Positions 29,438 to 38,128 of a DNA stretch of 64,000 nt are shown piece by piece; position 1 is the first letter of the stretch; each line of letters starts with the position of its first letter. The DNA lies in the NCBI GenBank assembly GCA_043826455.1, contig JBDRQD010000006.1:29049-93048 (forward strand). The letters run 5' to 3'. The notes beneath the pieces are model-generated. The model searched no databases, was not told where the DNA came from, and saw nothing but the letters and a program-made list of their open reading frames with translations. The DNA comes from Candidatus Bathyarchaeota archaeon. Its GTDB lineage: Archaea > Thermoproteota > Bathyarchaeia > TCS64. Made by a program: the position numbers and the translations under genes.

Positions 29438-31051
29438 CTACATCCCCTCGTGCAGAACCTTGTACTCCTTCTCCGGACCCGGCTTAGTGAGACTCCACTC
29501 AAAGCCACGCTGTGTGGTGACGTACTCGGGCCACGGCAGGTCTATGGGAGGGTAGAAGTCTCTGGGCAACAGGGGCGGCACCCACTTGCTGCCCCCTACG
29601 CCTCCTCCCGTCCTATCCTCGAACTCCTTCCTAGCCGCGGCCAGGTCCACCGGGTGGGTCAGCAGGTCAACGATGGTGGCGCCGATGGTCTTGGACGCCG
29701 TGACGATGCCCGGGTCCACGCAGGCCGAGTACCCGTTTAGGGCGTAGCTGGCCCACGCGGGCAACGGCTTGTCGGGGTCAGGGTTCCTTAGGACCGCGTT
29801 GGCCGTGTTCAGCCGCGTAGACGGCGCCGTCCACTGGTAATCCACGTAGTCGTCTGAGCCCTGGTGCGTCACCCACTGGGGGAACATGTACCTGATATCC
29901 TTGTCTATATAGTCGATGGGCTGGACACTCTGACACGCCTCCGTGAAGGGATCCTTGGTCGCCTCGAAGCCCAGGTTCTCCTGAAGCTTTCTGCCGAACT
30001 CCCTGGCCTCCTCGCTGAACTTGGGTGGCCCCACCGTCTCTAGGTTCCTGAACAGGACCTCGCTCAGCTTCTTGTTGCTGAGCCCCGTCCTGGTGCGGGC
30101 TATGATGCGCTTCGTGACCCTGGTGCCAGTTATCTGGGCCACCCCCTTGGCCGTGTTGTCCAGCACCCGCTCTATCTGCTCCTGCATCTCTAGGAGCGGG
30201 GCCCTGTGGGCGTACTGGATCTGGCTTATCCTAGGGGGCAGGTTGTCCGAGGTGGCCTGGCCCCCTACCATTATGTACTCGTTGAGGGTCCAGTAGGCCG
30301 TGTAGGGGAGCATGGCGTCCTCCACGTACTTCGTGGCAGTGTACATTAGGCACACGGCGTCCAGGGACGCCGGTATCCTGCCCCCCGCGTGGCCCAGTAT
30401 CCTGAAGGGCACGTTCTTGGGCCTGAACCAGTTCTCGGGGTTCACCGTCTCGAAGGTGTACAGGGTGTTCCAGTAGCTGGCCGCGTTGATCTCGTACCTC
30501 ACCGTGTTGTAGCCGGCGGGGTGGTACGGGATGCTTGCGTCGAAGTCGTCGAAGTAGCCCTTGGCGGCGTGCACCGGCTTGGAGCCGCACACCTTCTCCG
30601 CGGGCTCCCCGAGGAACTTGAGGGTGCCCTTCAGCCCGTGCTTCTCCATGGTGTGCTTGGCCGCCAGGAACCCGAAGAGGGCGCCTGTTCCGAGCCCCGA
30701 GTGGGGGTCCGTGTGGCCAGCCGCGTAGGGGTGCAGGTTCTCGTCCCGGGGCTTCCGGTAGGGGACCGGCGCCTGGCTGCAGTCGGGTACCGCATCGTAC
30801 TCGGCGAAGCCGCCTACGACGGGCTTGCCCTTGCCCCAGACGGCGCAGAAGGCCGTGGGCATCTCGCCGCTGCCCTCCTCCACCTTCCAGCCGTCGTCCC
30901 GGAGGAGCTTCACGTAGGCCGCCGCCGACCTGTACTCCCTGAAGGCTGGCTCGGCTAGGCGCCAGATCTCCATGTGGAAGTCTGAGAGCCGCTTCCTGTT
31001 CTCGTCAACGTAGTCCAGGGCGGTCTTCTTCTCCTTCTGAATCTTACTCAA
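29438..31051 (-). CDS. M20 amidohydrolase, AbgB-like (divergent)
   Basis: AEYDAVP, GHTDPHS, GEPAEK, GSDD; aligns along its length with 16118-17554. Confidence 0.8.
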   Translation of the reverse strand: MSKIQKEKKTALDYVDENRKRLSDFHMEIWRLAEPAFREYRSAAAYVKLLRDDGWKVEEGSGEMPTAFCAVWGKGKPVVGGFAEYDAVPDCSQAPVPYRKPRDENLHPYAAGHTDPHSGLGTGALFGFLAAKHTMEKHGLKGTLKFLGEPAEKVCGSKPVHAAKGYFDDFDASIPYHPAGYNTVRYEINAASYWNTLYTFETVNPENWFRPKNVPFRILGHAGGRIPASLDAVCLMYTATKYVEDAMLPYTAYWTLNEYIMVGGQATSDNLPPRISQIQYAHRAPLLEMQEQIERVLDNTAKGVAQITGTRVTKRIIARTRTGLSNKKLSEVLFRNLETVGPPKFSEEAREFGRKLQENLGFEATKDPFTEACQSVQPIDYIDKDIRYMFPQWVTHQGSDDYVDYQWTAPSTRLNTANAVLRNPDPDKPLPAWASYALNGYSACVDPGIVTASKTIGATIVDLLTHPVDLAAARKEFEDRTGGGVGGSKWVPPLLPRDFYPPIDLPWPEYVTTQRGFEWSLTKPGPEKEYKVLHEGM

Positions 31052-31110
31052 AACACCACCAAGACTACGTTGGGCGCCAGTATATAGAACATTTACCTGG
31101 CGAGAAGGAA

Positions 31111-31317
31111 AAATGGTACCATTAATCTTCGGAAATATTTAGGTCAAGAATAATGGTACCATTTCTAGGTGGGGACGAGCACCACGATGAAGCGGGCGGA
31201 TCAAAATGGTACCATTTTCCCTAACGCGGGATGCCACCATGAAGCGGGTAAACAAATGGTACCATTATTCCAGAGATTATTGGCATCTTGAAACCAGTTC
31301 AAGGTATGGTACCATTA
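31111..31317. repeat. Array 2: five 14-bp palindromes, consensus WAATGGTACCATTW
   Basis: Copies start at 31111, 31151, 31204, 31254 and 31304 (spacings 40, 53, 50, 50); the last is slightly degenerate at its 5' end. Confidence 0.9.
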
Positions 31318-31390
31318 AATTTCCCTTGATAAACCAAGGTCTTTGCCCCGAAAACTTATCTTGTGAACAGTCAACTTGTAGACAGTCAAG

Positions 31391-32230
31391 GTGAATGAGT
31401 TGGTTACAGTTACCTTCGTAAAGATAGGTTACATAGGCACGACGACCCTCGTCGACGCCCTCCTGGACGAGAGGTCCGCCCGGGCGGACATCAAGATACG
31501 GATAATATCCAGCGGCGTCAACATGGACGAGGCCGAGGGTGAGGCCGTGGCCAAGATCGCTGCAGGCGTCCCGAGCGACCTGTACGTGGCCATATCCCCC
31601 AACGTGGGGCTGCCGGGCCCCGCGAAGGTCAGGGAGGTCCTGAAGAAGACGGGCAAGCCCATCATAGTGATAGGGGACGAGCCCAGCAGGAAGGCCGTGA
31701 AGAGCTTCCCCGAGGAGGGCATAGGCTACATAGTCATCTACGGTGACCCCATGATCAGCGCCAAGGCGCCGTTCCTGGACCCCGTGGAGATGGCCCTCTT
31801 CAACGCCGACGTCATACGGGTGCTGGCCGTGACGGGGGCCTTCAGGCTGGTCCACACGGCCATCGACAAGGTGATAGACGAGCTGAAGGAGGGCAAGAAG
31901 CCCGTGCTCCCCGAGCTGATCATCAACAAGACGGCCGCTCTAGCGGCCAGCGATATCCAGAACCCCTACGCCTACGCCAAGGCCATGGCCGCCTACGAGG
32001 CGTCCAAGGAGGTGGCCAGCCTCAGCACCGAGGCGGTCTTCAAGATCGAGGACAGGAACGAGGCATTGCCGGTGCTGGCCGCGGCCCACGAACTCATGAG
32101 GATGGCGGCCAAGCTGGCTGACGAGGCGCGGGAGATCGAGAAGGGCAACGACACGGCTGTGAGGCTAGCCCACTATAAGAAGGGGGACCTCAGGCGCCGG
32201 GTGAAGCTCTTCGACGAGCCCGAGAAGTAG
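31391..32230 (+). CDS. mtd: F420-dependent methylene-H4MPT dehydrogenase
   Basis: KIGYIGT...LLDER, SPN...PGP, DPMI...FLDPVEMALFNAD, NPYAYAKAMAA, EAREIEK. Confidence 0.9.
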   Translation: MNELVTVTFVKIGYIGTTTLVDALLDERSARADIKIRIISSGVNMDEAEGEAVAKIAAGVPSDLYVAISPNVGLPGPAKVREVLKKTGKPIIVIGDEPSRKAVKSFPEEGIGYIVIYGDPMISAKAPFLDPVEMALFNADVIRVLAVTGAFRLVHTAIDKVIDELKEGKKPVLPELIINKTAALAASDIQNPYAYAKAMAAYEASKEVASLSTEAVFKIEDRNEALPVLAAAHELMRMAAKLADEAREIEKGNDTAVRLAHYKKGDLRRRVKLFDEPEK

Positions 32231-32231
32231 G

Positions 32232-32711
32232 CTACCTGTGCCTACTTCTCCCTCGCCTAACCTTTACGGCTGCCCCGGTCCTGAAGCTGAGCATCTCCTT
32301 TTTTATCAGCAGGGCCTTACCCACGGCAATCACTTCTTTCTGCGAGTCCAGGACCACCACCTCGTCCCCCGGCCTTATGGCGTCGCCAGCGTCCACCACG
32401 TGCTTGGCGAACACGTTCCTCCCCTCCTCCACGGCCTCCACCACGTCGTCTAGGATGGTCACGGCGTAGCCGAAGCCCTCCATCGCCTCAGCTAACCTCC
32501 TGGCCCCCGCGATGGTCAGGGTGAACAAGGCGTCGTTAGGCCTGTAGTTGGCCACCAGCACGCCCCCCGCCTCCAAGTGCCTTGGTTTGCCCGTGTTCTT
32601 GGAGTACTCGATGACCGTGTCCTCCGGGAAAAGGGCTTCTCCTGCCCCGCGGCCGAACTGGAAGTCAGCCACAGCCCTAAGCCTCTCCACGTCCTCTTTC
32701 ATCAGCCTCAA
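32232..32711 (-). CDS. PUA-domain protein (TGT C-terminal-like)
   Basis: VADFQFG.G, GRNVFAKHV, IRPGDEVVV, AVKVRRG. Confidence 0.85.
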   Translation of the reverse strand: MRLMKEDVERLRAVADFQFGRGAGEALFPEDTVIEYSKNTGKPRHLEAGGVLVANYRPNDALFTLTIAGARRLAEAMEGFGYAVTILDDVVEAVEEGRNVFAKHVVDAGDAIRPGDEVVVLDSQKEVIAVGKALLIKKEMLSFRTGAAVKVRRGRSRHR

Positions 32712-32765
32712 CCATGTCGCTGAGGATTTATAAGCCCAGCCATAAAGTCTCTATGAGGTTCATAC

Positions 32766-33281
32766 ATGCGCTGCGAAGTATGTGGACGCGAGATATTCGG
32801 GCAAGTCTACTACAGGGTCATAGAGGGAGGTAAGATGACGGTCTGCTCCGGGTGCGCCCAGTTCGGCGCACGGGACTGGGACCCCAAGGAGAAGACGGCT
32901 CAGCAGTCTCGTAGGGGCCCCTCCAGGTCGGCGGCGCCCCCGCGCCCCAGGAGCGACATAGAGGTGGCGGAGACCTTCGAGCTGGTGGAGAACTATGGGG
33001 AGCTGATACGCAAGACCCGGCAGAGGAAGGGTATGAAGGTGGAGGACTTCGCCAAGAAGCTCAACGAGAAGGAGTCCGTTGTCAAGAATCTGGAGAAGGA
33101 GGAGCTGAACCCCAGCATGGCCCTCATCAAGAAGGTGGAGAACGAGCTGGGCATCAAGCTCCTGGAGCTGGCGCCCACGGCGTCCGGCCCAGTCCTCGCC
33201 AAGCCCATGGGGCCCAGGACCCTGGGCGACATGATCAAGATAAAGGTGCCCAAAGACGAGGAAGAGGAAGAAAAGCGATAA
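32766..33281 (+). CDS. Archaeal multiprotein bridging factor aMBF1
   Basis: CEVCG...IEG...VCSGC zinc ribbon plus HTH_3 (YGELIRK, FAKKLNEKESV) and TLGD tail. Confidence 0.92.
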   Translation: MRCEVCGREIFGQVYYRVIEGGKMTVCSGCAQFGARDWDPKEKTAQQSRRGPSRSAAPPRPRSDIEVAETFELVENYGELIRKTRQRKGMKVEDFAKKLNEKESVVKNLEKEELNPSMALIKKVENELGIKLLELAPTASGPVLAKPMGPRTLGDMIKIKVPKDEEEEEKR

Positions 33282-33853
33282 ACCCAGCCATCGTCGTCAC
33301 GGGGACCCCGGGCACGGGGAAGACCACCTTCTCCAAGCTGCTATCCGAGCGGATCGGAGTCAGGCACATTGAGCTGTCAGCCTACGCCTTGGAGCGCGGG
33401 CACATCCTGGAGAGGGACGCTGAGAGGGACACATCCGTGGTGGACATGGAGGCTCTCCGGAGCAACGTATCAAACATGCTGGATGTTGAGACCCTCATCT
33501 TGGACGGCCACTACGCCCACGAGCTTACATCCCCAGACTCCACGAGGCTCGTATTCGTCCTCAGGAGGGCCCCCTGGACGCTCCTGGGGGAGCTCCGAGG
33601 CAGAGGATACTCACAGGAGAAGACCTGGGAGAACGTGGACGCCGAGCTCCTGGCCGTGTGCCTCAGCGAGGCCCTGGAGAGGTTCCCCCCGGGCAAGGTC
33701 TGTGAGCTGGACACCACGGGCGCCCAGCCCCAGGAGACCCTGAAGATGGGCCTGGCCGCCCTGGAGAGAGGGAGCTGCCCAGGGGCGTACACGGACTGGG
33801 TGAGCCGGCCAGAGACAAACGAGCTTCTGAGGGTGAGGCCATGTACCTCATAG
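33278..33853 (+). CDS. Adenylate kinase family (AK6/Fap7-like); probable ATA start
   Basis: In-frame P-loop IVVTGTPGTGKTT lies upstream of the track's TTG start; LILDGHY, RGYS..K..EN. Confidence 0.85.
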   Translation: MNPAIVVTGTPGTGKTTFSKLLSERIGVRHIELSAYALERGHILERDAERDTSVVDMEALRSNVSNMLDVETLILDGHYAHELTSPDSTRLVFVLRRAPWTLLGELRGRGYSQEKTWENVDAELLAVCLSEALERFPPGKVCELDTTGAQPQETLKMGLAALERGSCPGAYTDWVSRPETNELLRVRPCTS

Positions 33854-34065
33854 CCAGGTGCCCCAGCTGCGCCAAGATCATAATGGCTAACGAGGCAAAC
33901 AAGACCAGGTCGTGCCCCCACTGCGGGGCCCGCGCCGACCTCTTCAGCCTCAGGGTGCTGGCCAGGGCCAGAACCAGCCAGGAGGCCGTGGAGATCATCC
34001 AACACTTAAAGGAGAGGCAGGGCGACGAGGAATGGGTGCCCCGGTTCAAGAAGTTTAAAGTATAG
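33841..34065 (+). CDS. Zinc-ribbon protein (DUF1922-like)
   Basis: CPSC...KTRSCPHCG. Confidence 0.7.
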   Translation: MYLIARCPSCAKIIMANEANKTRSCPHCGARADLFSLRVLARARTSQEAVEIIQHLKERQGDEEWVPRFKKFKV

Positions 34066-34151
34066 CTGCGTTTCTCGGCCCCCAGCCGGATAGGAATGTT
34101 TTTGATTTTTATATGAGAGATGGAGATAGGATAGGTTTAGAGGTAATCGAT

Positions 34152-34574
34152 TTGGCCGCTATAACTGGTAGAAGGTTCTTCGAGGAGCTAGGCCAGCTCG
34201 TGGACAAGCCGGTGGTCGTGGAGGACACGTCCGGCAAGACCTACGAGGGCACCCTCCTCGGATTTGACAGCCAGAGCATGAGCGTGGCCCTGGGCGATGT
34301 GAAGGGAACGCAGGGGACGCTGTACCACAGGCTGGTGCTGACGGGAAGCATTATTGCCAAGATCATGGCCACGGACCGGCCTTTCAACCTGGACGGGCTG
34401 AGGGAGCGCCTGGATAGGGTCTTCCCCAACATGGTCCAGTACTTCGCCGAGGCTGGCGTCATCGTGGTCATGAGCAAGATAAGGGTGAATGAGACCGGTG
34501 TGATAGAGGGCACGGGCCCGGCCGCGGACAGGGTCCGGGACATCTACAACAGGTTCATCGCCGAGACCACTTAA
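34152..34574 (+). CDS. Long Lsm/Sm-like RNA-binding protein (SmAP3 type)
   Basis: Sm1-like motif GKTYEGTLLGFD plus C-terminal Lsm_C-like domain (IRVNETGVIEGTGPAADRV). Confidence 0.85.
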   Translation: MAAITGRRFFEELGQLVDKPVVVEDTSGKTYEGTLLGFDSQSMSVALGDVKGTQGTLYHRLVLTGSIIAKIMATDRPFNLDGLRERLDRVFPNMVQYFAEAGVIVVMSKIRVNETGVIEGTGPAADRVRDIYNRFIAETT

Positions 34575-34690
34575 CCCATTTTTTAAACAGGTTCAGCCTT
34601 TCTACTCGGCTCTCACGGTCTCTCCGCCCACAGGCGGAACAAGTATAAGTCGCTGTGCAGAACCTTGAATTGAAGGTACAGAGTGAAGCC

Positions 34691-35023
34691 ATGAGCCAGC
34701 CACAGCTAAGGATGCACCAGACCATAGGCGGGTACACCTTCGAGGGCCCATACATGACAGTGGATCACCTGCCGAGTGCACCCGGACTATACGCCGTGGT
34801 GTGCAGCGACCAGAGAGGATACTACCTGCTGGATGTGGGCTACTCCTCAAAGATCAGGACAGCTGTGAAGAGGAGCACCCGGAGACAGTGCTGGGAGAAC
34901 AACAGGAGAGGGGTCATGATGTACGCCTTCCTGGTGGACTCGCAGCTGGATGAGACCCAGTACAGGGCCGTCGAGAAGGAGATAAGGAGAAGGTACCCGA
35001 AGCTGCCCTGCGGACAACGGTAA
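34691..35023 (+). CDS. Small GIY-YIG-like protein
   Basis: LPSAPGLYAV...LLDVGYS...VEKEI...P.C. Confidence 0.5.
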   Translation: MSQPQLRMHQTIGGYTFEGPYMTVDHLPSAPGLYAVVCSDQRGYYLLDVGYSSKIRTAVKRSTRRQCWENNRRGVMMYAFLVDSQLDETQYRAVEKEIRRRYPKLPCGQR

Positions 35024-35054
35024 GCATAATACGCTGTACCCTATTTCTCAGAGC

Positions 35055-36635
35055 ATGTCGTTTGAGCTCAGGGACCGGGACCTCATGGGCAGGATAGGCC
35101 GCCTCCGCACCAAGGGCGGAGAGGTGGAGACCCCCGCCTTCATGCCCGTCATCAACCCCTTCCTCCAGAACCTGGCCCCCAAACGGATGCGCCGGGAGTT
35201 CGGGTGCGACATCGTCATCACCAACAGCTACATTATCCGCAACCAGTTCGGCGACATCCCCGACCTAGACGTCCACAGGCTCCTAGACTACGACGGCGTC
35301 GTCATGACGGACAGCGGAGCCTACCAGATACTGGTCTACGGTGGTGTCGAGGTGACCCAGACCGAGATAATAGAGTTCCAGAAGAGGATAGGCTCAGACA
35401 TCGCGGTCATCCTGGACATCCCTACGGGCTGGGACGTGCCACGGAGCACCGTGGAGTACACAGTGGAGGAGACATTGCGCAGGGCCAGGGACGCCCTCCC
35501 CCTCATAGAGGACTCGAACGCCCTGTGGGTGGGCCCCGTCCAGGGGGGCCGCCACCTGGACCTGGTTGCCAGGTCCGCTAACCTGGTGGGCGGGATGCCT
35601 TACAGCATCCACGCCCTGGGCAGCCCCACGGAGGTCATGGAGCGGTACGTGTACCCGGTGCTGGTGGACATGACCATGACGGCCAAGCTCAACCTGCCCC
35701 CCGACAGGCCCCTCCACCTCTTCGGCGCCGGCCACCCCATGATCTTCGCCATGAGCGTCGCCATGGGCTGCGATCTCTTCGACTCGGCCGCCTACGTCCT
35801 GTACGCCAAGGACGGCAGGTACCTCACCGTCAGGGGCACAGTGCAGCTCCAGGACCTCCAGTACCTGCCCTGCAGCTGCCCAGTGTGCAGAAGCCGCTCG
35901 GCCCAGGACATCAAGGACCTGCCAAGGGGGGATAGGCAGCGCCTCCTCACGGAGCACAACCTCCACGCCACCATGTCGGAGATGAGCGTCGTGAAGCAGG
36001 CCATAGTGGAGGGTGGCCTCTGGGACCTAGTGGAGGCCAGAGCAAAGGGCCACCCCCAGATGACAGCCGCCCTGAAGAGACTCTCAACGTACAGGGATAA
36101 GCTGGAGGAGCTGAGCCCCGGGTTCAAGGGCCACGGGGTCTTCTACTACGACTACCACAGCCTGAACAGGCCCCAGGTCACCCGGTACCAGGCCCAGCTC
36201 AAGGCCAACTACGGTAAGCCAGAGGGAAAGACCACGGTGATCCTGCTCCCTGCCCCAGCCACCAAGCCCTACAACACGTTTCCCGGGTTCCTGGAGCTGA
36301 AGAGGAGGCTGGATGGTAAGCTGGTGGACGCCCACGTATGCTTCTTGGCGGCTCCCTACGGCGCCGTCCCCGAGCACCTGGCGGAGACGTACCCCCTGTC
36401 CCAGTACGAGATAGCGGAGCCTTTGGACGCTGAGACCCTGAGCTTCACGGCTGAGAAGGTCCTGGAATATCTGATGCCCACGGGCCACAGCAGGGTTTTG
36501 CAGGTCTCATGCGGCTCTGAGCTGGACACAGCGGTGGAGGAGGCCCTGGGGGCTCTGGGAGATGCCCACAGGGTCATCCACGTTGACAGCCCATGGGGCG
36601 GTGAGGCAGCTGAGGCGCTCCTCAGAAACCTGTGA
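35055..36635 (+). CDS. tgtA: Archaeosine tRNA-guanine(15) transglycosylase
   Basis: MTDSGAYQ, LDIPT, VQGG, HLFGAGHP, DLFDSAAY, CSCPVC, EHNL. Confidence 0.95.
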   Translation: MSFELRDRDLMGRIGRLRTKGGEVETPAFMPVINPFLQNLAPKRMRREFGCDIVITNSYIIRNQFGDIPDLDVHRLLDYDGVVMTDSGAYQILVYGGVEVTQTEIIEFQKRIGSDIAVILDIPTGWDVPRSTVEYTVEETLRRARDALPLIEDSNALWVGPVQGGRHLDLVARSANLVGGMPYSIHALGSPTEVMERYVYPVLVDMTMTAKLNLPPDRPLHLFGAGHPMIFAMSVAMGCDLFDSAAYVLYAKDGRYLTVRGTVQLQDLQYLPCSCPVCRSRSAQDIKDLPRGDRQRLLTEHNLHATMSEMSVVKQAIVEGGLWDLVEARAKGHPQMTAALKRLSTYRDKLEELSPGFKGHGVFYYDYHSLNRPQVTRYQAQLKANYGKPEGKTTVILLPAPATKPYNTFPGFLELKRRLDGKLVDAHVCFLAAPYGAVPEHLAETYPLSQYEIAEPLDAETLSFTAEKVLEYLMPTGHSRVLQVSCGSELDTAVEEALGALGDAHRVIHVDSPWGGEAAEALLRNL

Positions 36636-36844
36636 ACACCCACCCTTGGGGCAGGTAGCCCGCGCCGAGGCTCCTTTACAGAGCCCTAAAAGATAACATT
36701 AAAGAATGAGTGCACAGAAATAGTTGCGTCCCCCTAGGCGGTTCAGGGATGCTTGGCTGCGAGGGAAAGGATTGAAACGGTTCACGTGAGCGGAACCATG
36801 AGTTACGCGGTGTACTGTTTCGACTAGGTTAGGTTACAAAGAGA

Positions 36845-38104
36845 ATGGTTAAACTCAGTTTCATGGGCGGCTGCCATCGGGTTGGAGGCAACGCCGTCAT
36901 AGTGAACACAGAACAGTCCAACCTCCTACTTGAGTACGGGGTTAAGCCGGGGACACCCCCGGAGTTCCCTGGCCACGTGAGGGCTAGGGACGTGGACGGA
37001 ATAGTGATCGGTCACGCCCACCTGGACCACAGCGGCGGCGTGCCTCTCTTCTACTTGTCGGAGAAGAAGCCCTACTTCGCTACGAGGGCTACGAGTGAAC
37101 TCACCCAGATCCTCGTCAAGGACATGATAAAGCTCAACAGCTACTATCTGCCCTTCGAGTACCTGGAGCTGGACAAGATGAATGAGTGCCGCAACGACCT
37201 CAGCTACGGCCAGGAGGTGAAGATGAAGGACATGGAGTTCAGCCTCATGGACGCTGGCCACATACCGGGCAGCGCCATGGTGGACATCAGCGCGGGCGGC
37301 AAAAAAATCCTATACACCAGCGACTTCAACACGGTCCCCACAAGGATATGCAACAACGCCAGGCTCCCCAAGAAGAAGTACGACACCGTAATCATAGAGT
37401 CCACCTACGCCATGCACGAGCACCCTGATAGGAAGCAGCTGGAGGAGGACTTCGTGAAGGACATCAAGTCCACCATCAACAACGGGGGCAAGGTGCTGAT
37501 ACCCGCCTTCGCCGTGGGCCGCAGCCAGGAGATCATCAACATCCTCCACGCCCACAAGTTCGACGGGTACATCCTTCTGGACGGCATGGCCAGGGCCGTG
37601 AACGAGGTCATGCTCGGTGAGCCGGAGGCCGTGAAGACGCCCAACAGCTACAAGAAGGCCATGTCCAGGGTTCACGAGATCAGGGGCTGGAGGGACAGGC
37701 GCCAGGCCCTGAGGAAGGCCGACGTCATCGTGGCGCCCTCAGGCATGCTCCAGGGGGGCACGGCCATGTTCTACATGGAGAAGCTGGCCCTGGGCTCAGA
37801 GAACAGCATATTCCTGGTGAGCTTCCAGGTGCCCGGCACCGGCGGAGCCAAGCTCATGGAGACAGGCATGTTCCCCATCAAGGAGAAAGATGAGAAGGTG
37901 GCGGCCAAGGTGAAGCACTTCGACTTCAGCAGCCACAGCGGCAAGACGCTCCTCCAGCAGTTCCTCAGAGGCCTCAAGGGTAAGCCCGACATCTACGTGA
38001 TCCACGGCGAGGAGGAGAGCTGCGACTTCCTGGCCGAGTGGGTCCGGGACGAGCTGGACATGAAGGGAGTCGCGCCTAACCAGGGCGACGAGTTCACCGT
38101 CTAA
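36845..38104 (+). CDS. Beta-CASP MBL ribonuclease (no KH domains)
   Basis: HAHLDHSG, AGHIPGS, ESTY, PAFAVGRSQE, SGMLQGG, FSSHS, IHGE. Confidence 0.9.
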   Translation: MVKLSFMGGCHRVGGNAVIVNTEQSNLLLEYGVKPGTPPEFPGHVRARDVDGIVIGHAHLDHSGGVPLFYLSEKKPYFATRATSELTQILVKDMIKLNSYYLPFEYLELDKMNECRNDLSYGQEVKMKDMEFSLMDAGHIPGSAMVDISAGGKKILYTSDFNTVPTRICNNARLPKKKYDTVIIESTYAMHEHPDRKQLEEDFVKDIKSTINNGGKVLIPAFAVGRSQEIINILHAHKFDGYILLDGMARAVNEVMLGEPEAVKTPNSYKKAMSRVHEIRGWRDRRQALRKADVIVAPSGMLQGGTAMFYMEKLALGSENSIFLVSFQVPGTGGAKLMETGMFPIKEKDEKVAAKVKHFDFSSHSGKTLLQQFLRGLKGKPDIYVIHGEEESCDFLAEWVRDELDMKGVAPNQGDEFTV

Positions 38105-38128
38105 CCCTTTTAACTAAATCTTTATATC

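Noticed and set aside
17671..31317. CRISPR interpretation of the two palindrome arrays
   Set aside because: The conserved unit is only 12-14 bp, the linkers are homologous to one another rather than unique, spacing is partly irregular, and no cas genes are in the window
36640..36844. Possible structured RNA upstream of the beta-CASP gene
   Set aside because: Only short hairpins (GCGTCCC/GGGATGC, GGTTC/GAACC), as expected by chance; no recognisable RNA family
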